A stretch of 64,000 bases of DNA, from assembly GCA_963693365.1 (NCBI GenBank), contig CAVNZM010000004.1, positions 8,469,093 through 8,533,092 on the forward strand, written 5' to 3'. Origin of the DNA: Amoebidium appalachense. Taxonomy: Eukaryota > Protista > Ichthyosporea. A program made the position numbers and the translations under genes. Positions 50,426-64,000 of the stretch are shown here, piece by piece (position 1 is the stretch's first letter; each line of letters begins with the position of its first letter). Under the pieces are notes generated by a model. That model did no database searches. It worked only from the letters and a program-made list of their open reading frames with translations, and was not told the DNA's origin.

Positions 50426-50890
50426 CCAGGGTTTTGTGGTCAGGATCTACTATGTAGGTCATTGTCAAAAGTCATTTTTAGTATATTAAATCTTTTTTCT
50501 CAATAGTGAACGAGCTTTGTGTGCTTAATTAAAACAATAGTAGATAAAGCGACGCTCAAATTTGTTATAAGCATTGTATGGTCTTCAACCCCTCCTTCAT
50601 GGTCAAAATGAAAAACTACCATCATCTTATCATAGTCCTGGCGGCTTGAGGGATCATTCGGATGCGGGAGCTCGACTTTGGCGCAACTCAGCTAAAGCCT
50701 ATTTCCAATTGATCTTTCTCAATTTGACAGTGAAGCCGTCGGACGCCCCTTGTATAACCGTATACCAATGTTGCGCGTTTTTCTATTTCCCAACTTTTTT
50801 CCTAAGGCACCAAACCCTTTTTTCTAAGCAGAATCGGGTTCTAACTTCGTTCTAAAAGGCCGATCGTAGAATTTGGCCCAGATTCTATGC

Positions 50891-50925
50891 CACGGCCATC
50901 TATGTAGAGACTCTAGATGGCCGTG
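50891..50925. mobile_element. 35-bp palindromic mini-element with 9-bp TSD
   Basis: ATTCTATGC|cacggccatcta tgtagagactc tagatggccgtg|ATTCTATGC; same 12-bp termini as the 48094 element. Confidence 0.8.
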
Positions 50926-51148
50926 ATTCTATGCCTTTAGGCTATTAATCGTGACCACATTCCTCCGACTGCCACATTTTTGCCTCTGCCGGGCCAGTGC
51001 CGGCAGCGGCATCCCCCTAGATTAACCATATGGCGAATACAGACACACAAAAACGGTTCTCGCTTGCTTGTTCACTCAGTTATTCGCACACTGACTCACC
51101 ATAACTAGAAAGACACAAATAAACAGAGAACAACATCTCCTCTACAAG

Positions 51149-53069
51149 ATGGCTTCCAACATGAAGAAGATCCCACGAGCTGCATCTCCCCCTCTTGCAC
51201 GGGACGAGTTTGAGTATTTTTGGCAGACACACAGCCCCTTCTCACAATGGCACCGTTCGACATATACACTTGACGGGGTAACCTTCACTTGCGCAGAGCA
51301 GGGAATGATGTATGGCAAGGCAGTACTTTTTGGAGATGAGAGGATCGCCCAAGAGATCCTTCGATCTGACAACCCGAAGACCATTAAAGAACTAGGAAGA
51401 CAGGTGCGTACTGACCTTGCGGGTTACCAGTTACTGTACAACCCATTTGTCTGTTCTCTCTCGTGCTTTCTCTCTCTCATACGAGGCTGTCCATTCCTCC
51501 TGCAGGGCCGACGGCCCGTGTGTACAGGGTCTTCCCTACCTTCGCACCGTATGATAAAGGTTAACACAAAGACTTATGGTGATGTTTAAATGCATGTGCA
51601 CAGGCGAACCGGGGGACCAGGAGCTGAATATATGCACGCTGTCGTGTGCACATCTGTATTAGAAATGGAAAGGTTGCACTCAGAAACTTGCCAAACGAGG
51701 GTATGCACATAGTAATGCAGATCATACGGAGTGCAGGATGCCCTGATTTTTCTGCTTTAAATTTCCTTCTGCCTTATTTGTGGTTGTGTGCGGTATTCTG
51801 TGGGTAGGTTTGGCCCAGTGTAAAGAAAGGATAAATTAGCCGGGCCTCGATGAGGGGAGAGTCTCCCAGAACCGGGGAGACACCTTAGTTTCGGAACTGT
51901 TATAGGTGTGTTAATTTTAGCTAATAGCAACGTAGCACCCTAGCTAGAGTACTGTCGGTGCTGGGTGGAAGACGGTAGTTCCCCCTGAGGGCCCCTAAAG
52001 GTACCTCCGGGAACAGAACGGGATTAAAAAAAAACAAAAAAAAACCTTAGTTTCAGAATATTATGTTTGGAATTCCTCACCCCCCCTCCCCCCCCTCCCC
52101 CCCCCCCCCCTCCCCCCTCCCCTCCCCCTTACCTCCGGCCCTCCCCCCCCGTCATATCCAAGATCTCGGCGGGCTTGGCTATCCTAATATAGAAGCTTTC
52201 CCGAATATATCTAGAATCTGAAATTTGGCCATCAAAGCCACCCCCGTGATGCTCCACAGATCTTCCTTGACGAGGTTTAACAACCTTCATGCCTTTGCCC
52301 CCCTTTAAGAAAAAAATACCCCCTCCCCTTCCCCCCCCCCTCCCCCCCCCCCCCCTCCCAACCTGCCCGTCTCCTCCTCCACCAAAAATTCTAATTCACT
52401 TATACTGGGTTAGCCCCCCCCCCCCCCCCCCCCCCCCCCCCTTTTCCCAGGCCTTCCCCACGTGCCCCACCCTCACTACCCGCTCCCCATCCCCCTTCTC
52501 TCCTCCCCCCCTCCCCCCTACTGAGATTGCAATCTAACCTCGGCATATTCGCCACTTTCCTACGACTCTGAAAGTCACTTCTCCTCCTCCCCTCCCCCCC
52601 CCCCCCCCCCCCGCGCTCCCCCCTCCAACCAAAAAATAATGAATAGAATAAAACAGGAAGAAAAAAAAAGCATGCACAGACACTCTAGTACACACACCGA
52701 GACACTCCGTGTTCATACACTTGCTTGCCTCCAGCCACCCACTCTTTAAAGGTCTCATTATAACAAAAATGCCATACTCCTCCGCAGGTTGCCAGATTTG
52801 ACGGTCGGATTTGGGAGCAACATCGAGAAAACATTGTCTACCGAAACAACATGGGAAAATTTGGGCAAAACCCCCACCTCCGTGCTGCGCTTATTGCGAC
52901 ATCACCCCGTCTTTTGGTTGAAGCATCCCCCTACGATAGAATTTGGGGTATTGGTCTCTCTGAGTCAGATGCGAGGAGAGTTGGCAAGGCGGGGTGGAAG
53001 GGTCAGAATCTGCTTGGGTACATACTCACGAGAGTTAGGGAGGATTTAGGTGAGGCCAGAATTGTCTAA
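51149..53069 (+). CDS. NADAR (YbiA-like) family protein, 178 aa, 2 exons
   Basis: Exons 51149-51403 and 52788-53069 join in frame; motifs FSQWH, AEQGMMYGKAVLFGD, KELGRQV, KFGQNPHL, LVEASPYDRIWGIG, WKGQNLLGYILTRVR. Confidence 0.92.
51895..52045 (+). mobile_element. SINE/LINE-3'-end-like repeat, copy C, with A-rich tail (NADAR intron)
   Basis: caccctagctagagtactgtcggtgctgggtggaagacggtagttcc...gggaacagaacgggat followed by poly-A. Confidence 0.7.
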
Positions 53070-53367
53070 CTCTTACGCTCGATATATGGTGTAACTTCCA
53101 ACTAATCTTGCTGCTGAGTTCATATGGTACTACGGGCTGTAAATGCAATTTCAAAACCTAGCTACTTACAACGGGAGATGTTTAGAGCTACAGTAAGCAT
53201 GGCTTCAGCCAATGCCTAATCTGAAGTTGATGATGTGACTTTGTCATGTTCATTGTTCTTTGTTTAACAAAGGTCTACAAGAGTATGCAGATTTCCCCCA
53301 AAAGCTAGATTCTTGTGACTAGATGTTAACAGTCAGTGCACAGGGTTTTTTCGTTGGTTATCCCCCC

Positions 53368-53399
<32 letters not shown>

Positions 53400-53499
53400 A
53401 AGAAAAGGGAAAAAAAAGGGGAAAAACAAAAACAAAAACGACTCTCCTTTTTATGGCCCCCTTCCATGTGGGCTACGGTACAAATGAATACCCCTCGAG

Positions 53500-53690
53500 T
53501 TTTTTTTATTTTTTATTTTTTATTTTTTTTTATCCCGTTTTGTTCCCGGAGGTACCCCTAGGGGCCCTCAAGAGGAACTACCGTCTTCCACCCAGCACCG
53601 ACAGTACTCTAGCTAGGGTGCTACGATGCTAGTAGCTAAACTAACACACCTATAGCAGTCCTAACTATATGTACACACTTTGCCCATGGT
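53500..53690 (-). mobile_element. SINE/LINE-3'-end-like repeat, copy D
   Basis: Near-exact reverse complement of copy C, with a T-rich tail at 53500-53531. Confidence 0.7.
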
Positions 53691-54292
53691 ATCACCAATA
53701 CCTTTCCAGAGAGCTCAATTACTTTGATTAATGCCATCAGTAATCGCACGAATTGTTACCTTCACACAGACACTTTTTTAAAAGTTTTTTTTTTTTTTTT
53801 TTTTTTGGGGGGGGGGGGGGGGGAGGGGGGGGGAGGGGGGGGGGGGGGGGGTAGAGGGGGGGAGGGGGGGGATGCCCCTCTTTCTTGCCCTCAATTCCAT
53901 AAACTTCGTTCACTTTTCAACCCAAATACCTACGGCAAGAAGCCCAAACCTATCTAAAAGAAAAAGATAGTGGGTGACACTGTTGGATCAATCAGTACCA
54001 GGATAACGGAAAGGGAAGTTGGGATAGAGAAGGGGTTCTAACATCTTATTATAATTATTAAGACAAATAATCTAACTTGGTCTACGACGGAAAGTGGAGT
54101 CACTGATCTAATCATAGCAGCACTTACGTGCAACGTTACCAACAGTTATCAGCAAAGCCGGAGGGGGAGGGGGGAGGGTGGGGGGGCGGGGGAGGAGGGG
54201 GAGGGGGGGGGAGGGGGAGGGGGAGGAGGGTGCGCGCGCTTGTCACCGCCTGCGGGACATGTGAGTACTAGTGTACATGTGTGTGTGTGGTG

Positions 54293-54382
<90 letters not shown>

Positions 54383-54388
54383 GTGCGT

Positions 54389-54443
<55 letters not shown>

Positions 54444-54448
54444 ATTTT

Positions 54449-54595
54449 ATCACGTTTTGTTCCCGGAGAGCCTTTGCAGGCCCTCTAGGGAAACTACCGT
54501 CTACCACACAGCACCGACAGTACACTAGTTTAGGTGTTATCTATGAGTTCAGCTAAGCTAAACCATCCTTCACATACACACTTTGCCCAGGGTAA
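54449..54595 (-). mobile_element. SINE/LINE-3'-end-like repeat, copy E
   Basis: cgttttgttcccgga...actaccgtctaccacacagcaccgacagtacactag...tttgcccagggt. Confidence 0.6.
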
Positions 54596-54617
54596 CTACC
54601 CCAGCCACGCCGGCAGG

Positions 54618-54705
<88 letters not shown>

Positions 54706-56049
54706 GCGTGCGTGTGTGCGTGTGTGTGTGGGTGTGTGGGTGTGTGTGTGTGTGTATGACAGTGTGTGTGTGTGTGTGTGTGCACGACGTGCACGTGGGT
54801 GTGTGCGTCCGTACATTAGTGTCAGGGTGTGTGTGTGATACTATTGGTGTGTATGCTTTTGTGTGTGTGTCACGTGCACGGTATGTTTCACCGAGGGGGT
54901 GTGAGTACGTCGCCGCGGCCGCTGTGGGCCGCAGGCCTCTGTGGTCGCCGGTCGCAGAGCAGCCCGGCCGTGCTAGGGGGATCACTGCCTTAGATGGGTT
55001 ACCAATCGCTGATTGGGGTACCTAAAATGTGGATCTTGCCAATTGCCATCAAAAACCAACGTACCAGGCTCTGCTAATCATGATTTTTTTTATGATGTAG
55101 ACTTTGCAGACCGCGTCTGCTGGCGTTTTACGTTCAGCAGTCAAAAATCTATTGCCAAATATTACGCTCACGGCATCAGAAAGTTATGTGTGGAACTCAA
55201 ACCGTTCCGCGTAACACCTGGGGTGGAGGTCGGCTCCGGTCGCCGAATTTAGGTATGTCCAAAAGCCAATAGCATGGCGCTACGGGCTCCAACCAATCAA
55301 GTTAGATTAAAGTAGTTGAATGTGATTGGATGAAGCCCAGAGATTCGTTTATCTCCTAAACTCTTGGTTTGCAGCCGCAGCGACGCTGCGCCGTCGATGT
55401 CATTGAATTTCTACTGCCGAACCATGAATCCATTTATTTAGAGTTAACTTATAATAGAAAAAAGAAAAGAGAAGGCAATGAACAATAACAAGAAAACAAA
55501 AAACAAAACCAGCATCTTTTGTACAATACTATCGGAGAATTTGTTATATATGAGAAGAATTGTACAGTCTCATGAATATTTGTTACTTAGTTGAAGTATT
55601 TCAATCAAAAGAAAAAAAGTATTTCAATGGACCCATTGCGCCCCCCTCAGCAGCCGTGCTGGCAGCCTGGTTTCATGCTGTTCGCACGGCAGGTGTTCAC
55701 TCCACAAACCACAGCACAACAGCAACGAAGGGTAACTGAGTGCTGTACATGCTGTTTAGAGAAACAAACGAGAATGTTCATTTAGTGGCTAAACGAAACC
55801 TTTCCCCCTTCCGTTCACGGTGTCAAAACATATCTCAAACGGCCGCATATTCCCTGCCACAAACTGTGTATGAATCTCGGATGATGGTAGTCCATCGTTG
55901 AAGAGTAGCTGTTACTAGCTGGTACCCACATATATTAGGCGGCTGCACACATACAAAATACTCGAAGTAACACCTAGTAATATTGTTAAAATAGCTAGTT
56001 GTGGAAGAAAATACTTTCACTCTCAGACACAGTTCCAACAGCTTTAAAG

Positions 56050-63585
<7,536 letters not shown>

Positions 63586-64000
63586 TCTAAGGAATTCAGG
63601 TTGGCCTTCCTAAATGCTCGTGCAATAATGGTGGACAACCATGCCATTTTCAGTGCCACGGGTGGTGTTTGGATATGCTACGGTCGAAAATTTAGTGGTT
63701 AATAGAGAACTTTCGATTCTATGCACGATTTATGTATGCGGCCAAGAATCGTGAATTGTGATTGACTCTACGGGTATAGGTTTATGTTGTAGGCGCCAAA
63801 AAGGGAGGAGATAAAGTCTCCCGTACTCTATTATGCTACATGTAACTGCATATGTTTTATGAACGTGACGTTGAATGTTTCTGTGTGCGTACACTTGTAT
63901 CTGTATCCCTATTGTTATAACTGTTCTCTATTGTTATAACTGTAGTACCCTCTTTGTTCTCTTTGGCTATCGTGACACTGTATATTTCTCTTGTTGAAAA

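Overview
Eukaryotic genomic DNA. Spliceosomal GT-AG introns are packed with (CA)n/(GT)n, (GA)n and poly-C/G tracts. Gene content fits a unicellular eukaryote, possibly an opisthokont protist (inference only). Most ORF-track entries are microsatellite artefacts. Genes I could reconstruct by hand: three near-identical intronless copies of an unknown ~640-aa type I membrane glycoprotein (ZP-module-like layout: polybasic furin-type site, TM helix with Cys6, PDZ-type C-terminus); a >=13-exon actin maturation protease (ACTMAP/C19orf54) homologue; a 4-exon secreted GH18 chitinase with a bacterial-type GH18+ChiC core and two small Cys-rich N-terminal modules; an ankyrin-GATA zinc-finger gene; a NADAR/YbiA gene; and a 7-exon GT54/MGAT4-like glycosyltransferase with a tRNA-Gly(TCC) in an intron. 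Two further multi-exon plus-strand genes are only weakly supported. Mobile DNA: several TIR MITEs (TTAA and TA target sites), a dispersed SINE/LINE-tail family, and two 35-41 bp palindromic insertions with 8-9 bp target duplications. The most intriguing candidate system is the triplicated ZP-like surface-protein family, whose copies look mosaic and share an 11-bp upstream motif, CCACGCATTCC.
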